The translations under genes and the position numbers were made by a program. The notes beneath the pieces are model-generated. The model was not told the DNA's origin and ran no database searches. It saw only the letters and a program-made list of their open reading frames with translations. This document shows, one piece after another, positions 9,017 through 18,077 of a DNA stretch of 64,000 nt. Position 1 is the first letter of the stretch, and each line of letters starts with the position of its first letter. Where the stretch lies: assembly GCA_041650775.1 (NCBI GenBank), contig JBAZKO010000002.1:27930-91929 (forward strand), in the 5' to 3' direction. This DNA is from Patescibacteria group bacterium. GTDB taxonomy: Bacteria > Patescibacteriota > Patescibacteriia > Patescibacteriales > UBA12465.

Positions 9017-9121
9017 TTGAAATATGGCTAAAATAAGCTTATTTTAATAAAGAAAGCGACATTTTATATCGCTAAGAGATAACTTTATTGTAATAGATTA
9101 GCAACTTAAGGTCAAATTAAA

Positions 9122-9148
9122 AAAGGTCGCTCTTTAGAAGCGACCTTT
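9122..9148 (-). terminator. rho-independent terminator after the ATP-grasp gene
   Basis: Stem aaaggtcgc (9122-9130) pairs with gcgaccttt (9140-9148) around a 9-nt loop. It lies 7 nt downstream of the stop at 9155. On the minus strand the sequence after the stem is T-rich (tttttaattt). Confidence 0.5.
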
Positions 9149-9154
9149 ATGTTC

Positions 9155-10174
9155 TTACCCGTAAAAATTATCCCCTAAAGCCTTTAATACTTGGAGATAT
9201 AAATCTTCCACGATTTTCTCCTGTTCGGCTCCGGTTTTGATATAATGATCCAATCCAGGTGCGGAATTGATTTCAATAATCCAATACTTTTTTGGCGGCA
9301 TGTTTATTTCACCGTCGACCATAAGGTCTACGCCGCACAAACGAAGCCCCATATCCCTGGTGAGTTTAACGGCTATTTCTTTAAACTTCGGATGAACTGT
9401 TTTGGTAACATCAAGGGAATCGCCGCCGCTAGAAAGATTGGCATTATCGAGTAAAAAAATTTTCTTCCCGAGGGGTAAGACGGATTTTAAATGTAATCCC
9501 TGCCGTTTCAGATTTTGAGAGACGCGCCAATCGTCAATTGCTATTTTCGCCGGACGATCTAAAATAATGAAAGCACGCAATTTTTTCTTGATAAGATTCT
9601 CCACGCGGCTGATTCCATCGCCAATAATATTAAATGGAACCCTTTGATAAGCAGAAATAACCTTGTCATCCAGAACGACAATACGATAATCATTGCCGCG
9701 AATAAATTTCTGCACCAGGGCGACTTTATCTTCGGAAAAAACGGAACGCAAAGATTTATAGAACTCGCGTTTGTTATAAACCTTATGGAAACTTTTCCCC
9801 TGACTACCGCTATTCGGTTTAACGACTACCGGGAAACCGATCTTCACGGCGTAATGATAAGCGGCTTCCAGACCCTTCTTTGATCCTATCGCTTTGCTCC
9901 AGCGAGGTGAGAAGAAAGCCTTACCCTTAATCGTCGGATAAGCCATTCGCTTCATAAAAAAATTAGCGTAATCTTTATCTTTGGCGATTTCCGAAGCACC
10001 TAAGGTATTAAGATCGAGACTAGAATAACGAAAATACCTTTTCCGACCGTTAGCGAATATTATCTGACCGACAAACCCCCATCTCGGCTCAATTATAACC
10101 TCAGCGCCTATTTTAGGCGCTATTTTCTTTAACAACTCTCCTAAAATTGGGGTGATTATTTTATTTTTTTTCAT
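9155..10174 (-). CDS. ATP-grasp family ligase (cyanophycin-synthetase-N-terminal/RimK-like; substrate unknown)
   Basis: 339 aa. ATP-grasp hallmarks are VVVKPNSGSQGKSF, RIVVLDDKV, and CGVDLMV...WIIEINSAPGL. Confidence 0.6.
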   Translation of the reverse strand: MKKNKIITPILGELLKKIAPKIGAEVIIEPRWGFVGQIIFANGRKRYFRYSSLDLNTLGASEIAKDKDYANFFMKRMAYPTIKGKAFFSPRWSKAIGSKKGLEAAYHYAVKIGFPVVVKPNSGSQGKSFHKVYNKREFYKSLRSVFSEDKVALVQKFIRGNDYRIVVLDDKVISAYQRVPFNIIGDGISRVENLIKKKLRAFIILDRPAKIAIDDWRVSQNLKRQGLHLKSVLPLGKKIFLLDNANLSSGGDSLDVTKTVHPKFKEIAVKLTRDMGLRLCGVDLMVDGEINMPPKKYWIIEINSAPGLDHYIKTGAEQEKIVEDLYLQVLKALGDNFYG

Positions 10175-10244
10175 ATTTATAACCCTTTCTTTAATTTATA
10201 AAAAGAACAAAATCATTTAAATATAGCAGACTAGCTAATAAAAA

Positions 10245-10964
10245 TCAACCCCGCCAGCCCTTTGTTCTTCCTGAAAATTTAAATATCGGCCCGTACATAT
10301 CATCCTGAATATTGATTTTTAGTTCCCTTTTATCCACTTTATTGGAAAAAACAACCGGTGCCTGTGCAATTATCGCCAAGGGGAGCCGCTCGTTGCCCTC
10401 CCCCATGCAAACAACCGCGGCGGCGGCCAGACTATCAACCACATTCACTCGAGAAAATTTAAAGGGACGTTTAAATATATCTCGCTCGCCACGATAATCT
10501 TTTAATCCCCGGAAACCGGCATAACCCAAAGCTACTCCAGTTATACCGGCTCTTAGCGGCAAACAACGACTATCCGTGATTATCACTCCTAGATTATTCA
10601 ATTTATTTTTAGTTCTGAAATATTCCCTTAGCCGCGCCGCTACTTTAAAGCTGTCCCGCGGCAAAAGAATAATTTTTCCGTCCGCGTTACTCTCGTCAAC
10701 CCCGGCGTTAGCCATTACCATGCCGTCTTTAATGGTCAAATAAACATGCTTGGTTGGTAAGACAAAGTCGCTCTCTGCTTCTATTATTTTTTTCTTAATC
10801 AAGGGATTTGTTCCGTCCGCTACTCTTCCCTCAGCCAAAGCGACGATTTTTGAAGTAACGACTAAAATACTGCCCTCTTTCAAAGATGATAAATAATGTT
10901 CCATAAAATCTTCCAAATTTTCGCTAAGCTTGAATATTTTAGTTTTGATCGTTTTTATTTCCAT
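10245..10964 (-). CDS. CofE-like (F420-0:gamma-glutamyl ligase family) protein
   Basis: 239 aa. LVVTSKIVALAEGRV, NAGVDESNA, GVIITDSRCLPLRAGITGVALGYAGF are the conserved blocks of the F420_ligase fold as I recall them. Confidence 0.65.
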   Translation of the reverse strand: MEIKTIKTKIFKLSENLEDFMEHYLSSLKEGSILVVTSKIVALAEGRVADGTNPLIKKKIIEAESDFVLPTKHVYLTIKDGMVMANAGVDESNADGKIILLPRDSFKVAARLREYFRTKNKLNNLGVIITDSRCLPLRAGITGVALGYAGFRGLKDYRGERDIFKRPFKFSRVNVVDSLAAAAVVCMGEGNERLPLAIIAQAPVVFSNKVDKRELKINIQDDMYGPIFKFSGRTKGWRG

Positions 10965-11586
10965 ATTTCAATAAATAAATACCTAAATAAGAAAGCGGGG
11001 TATAAAAAATACCCATAGTCACTTTATATAGCCACCAGGGGATACTCATCAAGATGATCGTTTTTATCGAATAAACACCCAGGAAAGCGATAAACATAAA
11101 AATCAAAGTATCAAGAAGTTGTGACCAAAGATTGGATAAATTTGATTGCAACCAAAAAGCTTTATCGCCTAATTTATTCTTAAAAAAGAAAAAAGCGATA
11201 ACATCCTGATATTCAGCAACAACAAAAGCCAATAAAGAAGCAAGGGACATCCTAAATGAAATACTAAAAATCGTATCATAAGATTCTTTTGCCCAAAGAC
11301 CGGATGGTGACCAGGGCAAAGGCAGTGATATTAAAGAATAAATTAAAAATAAACAAATGGAAATAAAACCGGCCCAAACAAAATTTTTAGCCATTTTTTT
11401 ACCGTACACCTGTCCAACGACATCAGTGGTCAAAAAGACAAAAGGAAAAAAGAATACCGATACCGACAAATGCGTGCCGAAGATAAAAGGCATAATTTTA
11501 AATCCCAGCGTATTGGCGGCGAACAAAGAAGTAATATACAGGGTTAGGGCGATAATTAGTCGGGAGTCTATTTTTTCTTTAAACAT
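10939..11586 (-). CDS. yhhQ: queuosine-precursor transporter family (YhhQ/VUT, DUF165) membrane protein
   Basis: 215 aa and about 6 TM helices. FFFPFVFLTTDVVGQVYGKKMAKNFVW resembles the YhhQ signature P..F...D...E.YG...A. Confidence 0.7.
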   Translation of the reverse strand: MFKEKIDSRLIIALTLYITSLFAANTLGFKIMPFIFGTHLSVSVFFFPFVFLTTDVVGQVYGKKMAKNFVWAGFISICLFLIYSLISLPLPWSPSGLWAKESYDTIFSISFRMSLASLLAFVVAEYQDVIAFFFFKNKLGDKAFWLQSNLSNLWSQLLDTLIFMFIAFLGVYSIKTIILMSIPWWLYKVTMGIFYTPLSYLGIYLLKYGNKNDQN

Positions 11587-11609
11587 AAATTTATAAAAAT
11601 TATCTTCTC

Positions 11610-13256
11610 TTAAACTTTCATCGCCTCGCTCTGATCGTCGACCTTGATTTTATTGAATGGCAAACGACGCCTTAAAGAAGCGAAAAGACCGAATAATTCC
11701 TCACTCTTGAAAAGATAGCAAAAGACGGCATAAACTAAAATACCGACCCCGCCCGCGGCCACCAGTTGCGTAAACACGCCGCTGAATTTAGTCATATCAA
11801 TAAGCGGCCAAACCGCGGCTTTCATTATCTGCGCCGCCCCGCCGGCGGCTGCGGCGCTGACCGTGAATTTTAGCGCGGCCACGAAAATATTACCCAAATC
11901 TAAAGAACCGACGGCAGGATACAGCCAAATCCATAATAAAATAAGGTTTAAAATACTGGCGAGAGAATAAGCCAAGGCTAAGCCGGCGACGCCCATTTTC
12001 GGTCCGAAGATTAAAGACAGAATAATATTAACCGCGACCGTCGCCAACCCCAGATAAAAAGGCGTAGCCGAGTTATGGCGCGCGTAAAAAACCCTAATCA
12101 GCAGAGGAATTGTCGCTTGGGCGAATAAGCTCAAGGCGAAAAAACCAAACGTGTCCATAGTCAGAATCGTATCGCGCCAATCGAAATTACCGGTACCGAG
12201 AACTACCCGGATAATCTGCGCCCGCAAAGCCACCATCAAAACCGTGGCCGGAATGACAAAAAATAATATTTGCCGGATAGTCTGGGAAAATTTTTCCGTT
12301 AAACGGATTCTATCAAAAGCGGTTTCGGCCAGTGTCGGAAAAGCGGCGATGGCGAAAGAAATTCCAAAAATCCCAATGGGAAAAGATTGCAGATTATTGG
12401 CAAAATTAAAAACCGTCAGCGAGCCGCTGGCCAAATTAGAAGCCAAAACCGTAATGACCAGCAGATTAATCTGAGAAATCGCCAGACTTAAAGTACGGGG
12501 GATCATCATTTTGCCGATGCGCCAAGTATTAATATCGCGCCAGATAATCTTAAAACGATAACGAAAACCCAAATGATAAACCGTGGGAATCTGGATAGCC
12601 AGATGCAGGGCCGCGCCCAAGACTACGCCCCAGGCCAATCCGTAAATTCCCCACCAATTAACGAAATATAAAGCGCCGATAATGATTCCTAAATTATAAA
12701 AAACTGGCGCGAGCGAATAAATCAAAAACCTTTTGAACGACTGTAAGATTCCGCCTAAAACACCGGAGATGCCCAAAAAAAGAGGCGATAAGAACATTAT
12801 GCGCGTCAAAGCCGCGGTGGTGGCCGATTCCGCCGGCGAAAAACCCGGAGTAATCAAGCGCGTCAAGGCCGGAGCGAAAATTATCCCGATTAAAGACAAT
12901 GAAACCAGGCCGAGGAACAATAAATTTAAAACATTATTCGCCAAAGCCCAGGCTTCTTTATTCTGCCGTTGTGGATCGCACTCCTTACCGGCCTCGCATT
13001 TAAAATCCTTTATCAAAGAGGAAAAAATCGGAATAAAACCGGCGGAAAGGGCGCCTAAAACGATTAAATTAAAAATCAAATCCGGAATCCGAAAGGCGGC
13101 ATAATAAATATCCAGAGTCGTTCCCGCCCCGAATTGGCCGGCTAAAATACGGTCGCGGATAATACCTAAAAAACGTGAAGCTAAAGACGACAAGGCAATG
13201 AGCGCCGCCGCGACGGTAATACTGTTAATTTGTCGTTTAAAGATTTTTTTAAACAT
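11610..13256 (-). CDS. murJ: lipid II flippase MurJ (MviN)
   Basis: 548 aa and polytopic. The N-terminus SRFLGIIRDRILAGQFGAGTTLDIYYAAFRIPDLIFNL is the classic MurJ start. Confidence 0.85.
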   Translation of the reverse strand: MFKKIFKRQINSITVAAALIALSSLASRFLGIIRDRILAGQFGAGTTLDIYYAAFRIPDLIFNLIVLGALSAGFIPIFSSLIKDFKCEAGKECDPQRQNKEAWALANNVLNLLFLGLVSLSLIGIIFAPALTRLITPGFSPAESATTAALTRIMFLSPLFLGISGVLGGILQSFKRFLIYSLAPVFYNLGIIIGALYFVNWWGIYGLAWGVVLGAALHLAIQIPTVYHLGFRYRFKIIWRDINTWRIGKMMIPRTLSLAISQINLLVITVLASNLASGSLTVFNFANNLQSFPIGIFGISFAIAAFPTLAETAFDRIRLTEKFSQTIRQILFFVIPATVLMVALRAQIIRVVLGTGNFDWRDTILTMDTFGFFALSLFAQATIPLLIRVFYARHNSATPFYLGLATVAVNIILSLIFGPKMGVAGLALAYSLASILNLILLWIWLYPAVGSLDLGNIFVAALKFTVSAAAAGGAAQIMKAAVWPLIDMTKFSGVFTQLVAAGGVGILVYAVFCYLFKSEELFGLFASLRRRLPFNKIKVDDQSEAMKV

Positions 13257-13292
13257 ATTTTCCCAATAAGCCGGAAATTCGACTGATTATAA

Positions 13293-15281
13293 TCAATTAA
13301 GAACTATCCGGACATCGCCGGCTCGGACTCCTTTTTCGAAAACGAATAACGGATTAATATCCAGTTCGGAAATCTCCGGATGCTCGCCAGCCAGACGGGA
13401 CAGATTAACTAAAATTTTAGCTAAGGATTTAAAATCATATTTTTTCTGACCGCGCGCTCCGTTTAAAATCGGAAAAATTTTCAGATTTTTGATAAGCGCC
13501 AAAGCTTCGTCGGAATTCAAATCGCCGGCCGCCAGTTTAAAATCCTTGAAGACTTCCGTATAAATCCCTCCCTGGCCGACCATCATAATCGGGCCGAAAG
13601 AAGCGTCTCGTTTAAAACCTAGAATAATTTCCTGAAATTTAGCGGCCTGTTCCTGAACGATCAGATAATTCAGCGGCCGGGCGAGAGCGGGGCGATTTTT
13701 CGCCTGCAAGCGCGACGCGGCGGCGGACAATTCCGCTTCCGTCTTTAAATTTACGATTACCCCTCCGGTATCGGACTTATGGAGAAAATCCGGACCGGTA
13801 ATTTTCAGGACAACCGGATATTTGTAAGCCGGAAGCGCCGCGGACGCGTAGCGGACGGTTTTGACCGCCGGTATCTTATATTTTTCCAGTAATTTCAAAG
13901 AAGCCAGATAATCACCGCTTTGAATTTTATTTTTAGCCGGTTTAAACGACGGCTGGTAAGGCCGCAGATTCTTAATCATTATCTTATAAGTAATCAACTT
14001 CTTGAGACTGCGCACCGCTTCTTCTGGATAATCAAAAGTCGGGATATTGTTTTTAGTCAGGAGTTCCCGCGCCGGCGCCACTTCTTTCCCGCCTACGAAA
14101 CTGGTCAAAATCAGCTTATGGGGATATTTTTTAGACACGGCAATTATCGCCTGAGCGGTCTTTAAAGGTTCGGTTGAAGTCTGCGGCGTCAAAAGAACCA
14201 ATAAATTATTAACTTTTTTATCCGCCAAAGTTTTTCGCAAAGCTTCTTCATAGCGCGCCGCGTCCGCATCGCCCAATAAGTCCTGGCTTCGACCGAAAGG
14301 CAAACCTTGGCGGCTGATTTCATCGACCGTTAAAACCGCAACCCCACCGGCGTTAGTAAGCACATATAATTCCTGCGGTCCGCGATTCTGCCAGGATTCT
14401 TTTCGAAACAGCAACAATAGATTAAATAATTCTTCCAGATTTTCCAGCCAAATCGCGCCTGCCCGTTCCAATCCGGTTTTAACGGCGGCGGCCGATCCCG
14501 CCATAGAACCGGTATGCGACAAAGCGAGACGGCCGCCGGCCGCGCTCGTTCCGGCTTTCAGGACGGCGACTGGTTTGCGTTTCGCCAGACGTGAAACCAA
14601 ACGCATAAAATCCCGACCGTCTTTAATTTCTTCCAAATAAGCGACAATCAAATCAATCCTCTTATCAGCCTCCAAGTGTTTAATAATCTCATTTTCCGAC
14701 AGGACGACTTTATTCCCCAAACTGATAAAATAACCGAAGTTAAAATTTTTAATCCGTAACCAATCCAGAGAGGCCGCCCCGATGGCGCCCGATTGCGACA
14801 ATAAAGCGCTATTGCCCGTTTCCGTATCGGCGGCCGCGAAAGTGGCGTTCAATTTATGCCAAGTATTGATCAGACCCAGACAATTCGGGCCGAGAATATT
14901 AAGTTCATATTTTTTAGCGATGGCCGCGATTTCTTCTTCCAACTCTTTTCCGGCCGCGCCTGATTCCTTGAAACCGGCGGTAATGATAACGATATTTTTA
15001 ATACCATTGGCCGCGCATTTTTTTATTTCGGCCGGCACAAAAGGCGCGGGAATGGCGATGACCGCCAAAAGCGAAGCTACTGACGCGGACGGCAGATCAT
15101 TCAGACTGGCATAAGCTTTCAAACCGGCGATAATTTTTTCCTTAAGATTAATCGGATAAATTTTCCCTTTAAATCCACCTTTGATAATATTATCCAAAAT
15201 TTGCCGGCCGAGTTTTTCCGGACTGTTGGAAGCGCCGACAACCGCCACCGAACGCGGGTTAAAAAAATAATTTAAAGACAT
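13293..15281 (-). CDS. acetyl-CoA synthetase (ADP-forming), fused alpha/beta (acetate--CoA ligase, NDP-forming)
   Basis: 662 aa. CoA-binding N-terminus FNPRSVAVVGASNSPEKLG, SQSGAIG and LSHTGSMAGS (phosphohistidine loop), and a C-terminal ATP-grasp region. Confidence 0.85.
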   Translation of the reverse strand: MSLNYFFNPRSVAVVGASNSPEKLGRQILDNIIKGGFKGKIYPINLKEKIIAGLKAYASLNDLPSASVASLLAVIAIPAPFVPAEIKKCAANGIKNIVIITAGFKESGAAGKELEEEIAAIAKKYELNILGPNCLGLINTWHKLNATFAAADTETGNSALLSQSGAIGAASLDWLRIKNFNFGYFISLGNKVVLSENEIIKHLEADKRIDLIVAYLEEIKDGRDFMRLVSRLAKRKPVAVLKAGTSAAGGRLALSHTGSMAGSAAAVKTGLERAGAIWLENLEELFNLLLLFRKESWQNRGPQELYVLTNAGGVAVLTVDEISRQGLPFGRSQDLLGDADAARYEEALRKTLADKKVNNLLVLLTPQTSTEPLKTAQAIIAVSKKYPHKLILTSFVGGKEVAPARELLTKNNIPTFDYPEEAVRSLKKLITYKIMIKNLRPYQPSFKPAKNKIQSGDYLASLKLLEKYKIPAVKTVRYASAALPAYKYPVVLKITGPDFLHKSDTGGVIVNLKTEAELSAAASRLQAKNRPALARPLNYLIVQEQAAKFQEIILGFKRDASFGPIMMVGQGGIYTEVFKDFKLAAGDLNSDEALALIKNLKIFPILNGARGQKKYDFKSLAKILVNLSRLAGEHPEISELDINPLFVFEKGVRAGDVRIVLN

Positions 15282-15302
15282 AATATTGATTAAAGTTAAA
15301 AT

Positions 15303-15506
15303 TTATAAAATTAAACCGAAAATCAGCCAAGGAATCAAAAGCCAATTCAAATTAAAATAAACCAAGATGATATTCGGCCAAATAATTTCCAGAATGATAA
15401 AAACGAGCAAAAGAACACTGAAAAAATAAAATATTTCCCGGCCGATGACCGAGCGGCCGGTTAAAGCCTCATTGCCCGCTTTATTTTTAAACTCAATCCC
15501 GAACAT
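15303..15506 (-). CDS. small membrane protein (hypothetical)
   Basis: 67 aa with two hydrophobic helices. It starts 5 nt after the upstream stop. No recognisable family. Confidence 0.4.
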   Translation of the reverse strand: MFGIEFKNKAGNEALTGRSVIGREIFYFFSVLLLVFIILEIIWPNIILVYFNLNWLLIPWLIFGLIL

Positions 15507-15511
15507 ATAAA

Positions 15512-17002
15512 TTAATTTATTCCGAACAATTTATCCCTCAGAGTCTTCCCCGTCAATTCTACCTCAATTTCCTTAATTTCCAAAAAGTCGTCCGTCCCGT
15601 CCTCGGCTTTTAAACCGGGCACGGAAATTAAGAAAGTATATTTGCCGTTCTCGCGATGGGCTTCTTTTAAATCAAATTCTGCCTCGGCGGTTTTCCAATC
15701 TTCATCGCCGAGCGGCCGTTGGTAGTCGGCGATAATATATCGAATGCCGTCTCCGGGCGAAAAATACCGATCGACTTTCTTAAAACCGGGATCGAATAAG
15801 CTGCCGCTGGCGAAACTAAAAACGCCATTGCCGGCTAAAATAATATCGTCCTTTTTTAATTTTATCTTATTAACCCCCGAACCGGCGACCAAATCAAACT
15901 GTTGATAAGTTTTGTCGAAGACAAAATCCTGGCCGCCAAAATTAATCGGTTCAAGACTGGCCGGCGAAAAAGTTTGCGCTTCCAAATTAGTGGCATCAGT
16001 AAAGATTGTTAAATTGCCGGCGCCGGAAACCGGCCAAATCCGGCTGATAAACGACAGCTTGTCGGACGAACTGTCTATCTTAGAAATAACAATATCATCG
16101 CTGGCTTTTATTTCCACTTTATAAACTCCGGCCGGGGCATCATCTCCTCGCAAGATCAATTCCCTTTCGGGCGATTTGCGGCCGGACGCCACCGGAGCGG
16201 CATCGACCAAAGATTGCGCGGCCACAACCTTATCGCCCGACATAACTCTGACCGTAATCGGATCGACCGCCGCATCCTGATCAAGATCGCTAAAATTAAA
16301 ACCCAAACGCCAGGAACCGTTAAGATAAATATAGAACTGGTGGGCGCCGCGTAAGGGCTGATTGATAGTCAACGGTTTGAGCGGCGAGTAATCGGGCAAA
16401 CGATAAGTGGCGGCTAAGGGATAATTATAAACCGCGACGCAGGCGGTCGGTTCTCCGGGCGGACAATCTTGTAAATTACCGGATATCAAATCGCGATCAA
16501 ATTCCGCCGGCGACGAATAATTCAGGGACGCCTGCAAAATTAGACGCTTATCCGTATCTTCCAGTCGCGGCCAGGAAAAACGCCAGTGATCCAAAACATT
16601 ATTTTGAAGCGGTTGAAAATCATAAGCGCCGGAAAGCTTATCCTCCAAAAGGCCGACTTCAATAATCGGCGTGACCGTTCCCAATCGGTCGCGATATTTT
16701 ATTTTCACGGTCGCGTGGTCAAAGCGGCGCGGGGTAAACAAAGAGAAATAAATCGGATCGGCGATAATCTTCAGACTGTCGACGACGGCAGAATCAATCC
16801 TCTCTGCCGGTTTAAAATCATAAAAAAATCCTTTACCGGAGGCCAAGCCACGCGGCCACTGGCGGCTATAGGTAATCCGGCCGAACGGCACGATTTTCAA
16901 ATATAAAAACCCCAGTACCAAGATTAAAATAATAAGCCCTAAAATAAGGCGCAATTTAAACAAAAATGACCTTTTTGTCAAAAAATATTTTAGCTTCTTC
17001 AT
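15512..17002 (-). CDS. TM-anchored exported protein, function unknown
   Basis: 496 aa. One N-terminal TM helix (LRLILGLIILILVLGFLYL) is followed by a long, probably beta-rich ectodomain. I recognise no motif. Confidence 0.6.
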   Translation of the reverse strand: MKKLKYFLTKRSFLFKLRLILGLIILILVLGFLYLKIVPFGRITYSRQWPRGLASGKGFFYDFKPAERIDSAVVDSLKIIADPIYFSLFTPRRFDHATVKIKYRDRLGTVTPIIEVGLLEDKLSGAYDFQPLQNNVLDHWRFSWPRLEDTDKRLILQASLNYSSPAEFDRDLISGNLQDCPPGEPTACVAVYNYPLAATYRLPDYSPLKPLTINQPLRGAHQFYIYLNGSWRLGFNFSDLDQDAAVDPITVRVMSGDKVVAAQSLVDAAPVASGRKSPERELILRGDDAPAGVYKVEIKASDDIVISKIDSSSDKLSFISRIWPVSGAGNLTIFTDATNLEAQTFSPASLEPINFGGQDFVFDKTYQQFDLVAGSGVNKIKLKKDDIILAGNGVFSFASGSLFDPGFKKVDRYFSPGDGIRYIIADYQRPLGDEDWKTAEAEFDLKEAHRENGKYTFLISVPGLKAEDGTDDFLEIKEIEVELTGKTLRDKLFGIN

Positions 17003-17089
17003 GCCTCTATTTTACTTTATTTTTAGTAATAAAAAAAGAGCGTTGGAATATCCCCGCCCCCGCCTAAAATCGCCCCTTAATAGAGCCCC

Positions 17090-17154
17090 AAAAAATAAAA
17101 AATCCCCCGGAATCCCAGAGCTTAGTTTTAGACTAAGTTCAAAGGATCCGAGGG
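17090..17154 (-). terminator. strong rho-independent terminator (compound hairpin + U-tract)
   Basis: On the minus strand, ccctcggatcc (17154-17144) pairs with ggattccggggg (17115-17104), with one bulged U. This encloses the inner hairpin cttagt/actaag (17121-17137). The tract attttttatttttt follows (17103-17090). The structure begins 36 nt after the TAG stop at 17190. Confidence 0.75.
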
Positions 17155-17189
17155 ACAAAGGGACCAGCCGCCTGCGGCGGACAAATGGT

Positions 17190-17882
17190 CTAAGTAACCG
17201 AGGGTATAAGTTGCGGGGAGACAACGCGATGACGATACTCGCCATACCAGACACTGACACACTCAAGGCGATACACGTAGACACGCAGACCGTCCGAACC
17301 CACGCGCACGCTGACCACGACCAAATTATCCTGCGGTTTATCTTCTTCGATTATTTTATTCTCATCTATCTTACAGAGAAACATTGTAGTATTCCCCTCT
17401 CGTCTTAACCAACTAGAGAATGTTTCACAAAATTCTATTACCTGGTCTTGCGAAAACCATTTCTGATTCCAGGTGCCAGGCAGAGCGCGAAAAATATCTA
17501 AAAACTTGCCGTCGCTAACTATTTCGTCTACTTTTACTAGAGTTTCCGGAGTAGCAATACCTGGTTTATTCAAACCCCAATTCTTGAAATCTTCATCAAT
17601 GAACGACCGAAAAGTCTTTTTGGCATCGTAGATATATGCCTTGCCGTCAGATGCTTCAATCATCAAATTTTCGTTGTTGGAGATGAGTTTGAGGAGTGAG
17701 GGCTGTGCTTCTAAATTTTCTGACGTCCGAAATTTACCCTCTACAATATCCTGAAGAGCGGAAATAACCGACTCCGGATTAAGAGGACTGCCGTTCTTAG
17801 AGTACAATTGGCGCTTGATATCAAACACCTTTTTGTCAACGCTGACATGCTGGTCGCCTGTGACACTAAATTTTGTTGCCAT
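17190..17882 (-). CDS. hypothetical protein (230 aa), no recognisable domain
   Basis: Intact ORF with its own consensus promoter and terminator. The C-terminal ~45 codons (DNLVVVSVRVGSDGLRVYVYRLECVSVWYGEYRHRVV) are visibly GC-richer than the rest. Confidence 0.6.
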   Translation of the reverse strand: MATKFSVTGDQHVSVDKKVFDIKRQLYSKNGSPLNPESVISALQDIVEGKFRTSENLEAQPSLLKLISNNENLMIEASDGKAYIYDAKKTFRSFIDEDFKNWGLNKPGIATPETLVKVDEIVSDGKFLDIFRALPGTWNQKWFSQDQVIEFCETFSSWLRREGNTTMFLCKIDENKIIEEDKPQDNLVVVSVRVGSDGLRVYVYRLECVSVWYGEYRHRVVSPQLIPSVT

Positions 17883-17968
17883 GACAATTTTATTTTTTTG
17901 TTAAAAATACATTTTCCGCATTTTACCCTGCGTTTTTAGGTAATACTCCATATTTTGAATATCAAATA

Positions 17969-17997
17969 ATTATATCATAAAAGTTATTTTGTGTCAA
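17969..17997 (-). promoter_or_regulatory. perfect consensus sigma70 promoter (TTGACA-17 nt-TATAAT) for 17190..17882
   Basis: On the minus strand, TTGACA is at 17997-17992 and TATAAT at 17974-17969, with exactly 17 nt between. The predicted 5' UTR is about 80 nt. Confidence 0.65.
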
Positions 17998-18000
17998 TAT

Positions 18001-18030
18001 TAAAAAAGAAGCCACTTCTAGGCCTCTTTT
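18001..18030 (-). terminator. rho-independent terminator downstream of rpoC
   Basis: On the minus strand, aagaggcc / ggcttctt (18028-18006) form 8 bp including one G-U, with a 7-nt loop, followed by ttttaat. The structure begins about 50 nt after the rpoC stop (18078). Confidence 0.65.
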
Positions 18031-18077
18031 TTGTCTTATACTGAGCAAATTTTAATCTACCTTACAAAACCCGCCCT

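Noticed and set aside
17150-17330. Whether the GC-rich stretch at the 3' end of the 230-aa gene hides a small RNA (SRP/4.5S, 6S or tmRNA-like).
   Set aside because: I searched both strands by eye for the SRP helix-8 motif (GGAA tetraloop with AGCAGC) and for a tRNA-like T-arm/CCA end, and found neither. The ORF stays open through the region. The compositional shift is reported under the cassette finding instead.
17001-17408. Plus-strand ORF of 135 aa, and minus-strand ORF 17012..17284, spanning the terminator/G-tract region and the 3' end of the 230-aa gene.
   Set aside because: They run through a clear terminator hairpin and a C/G-tract spacer. They give Arg/Pro/Ser-rich nonsense-like peptides and overlap a longer coherent ORF on the other strand.
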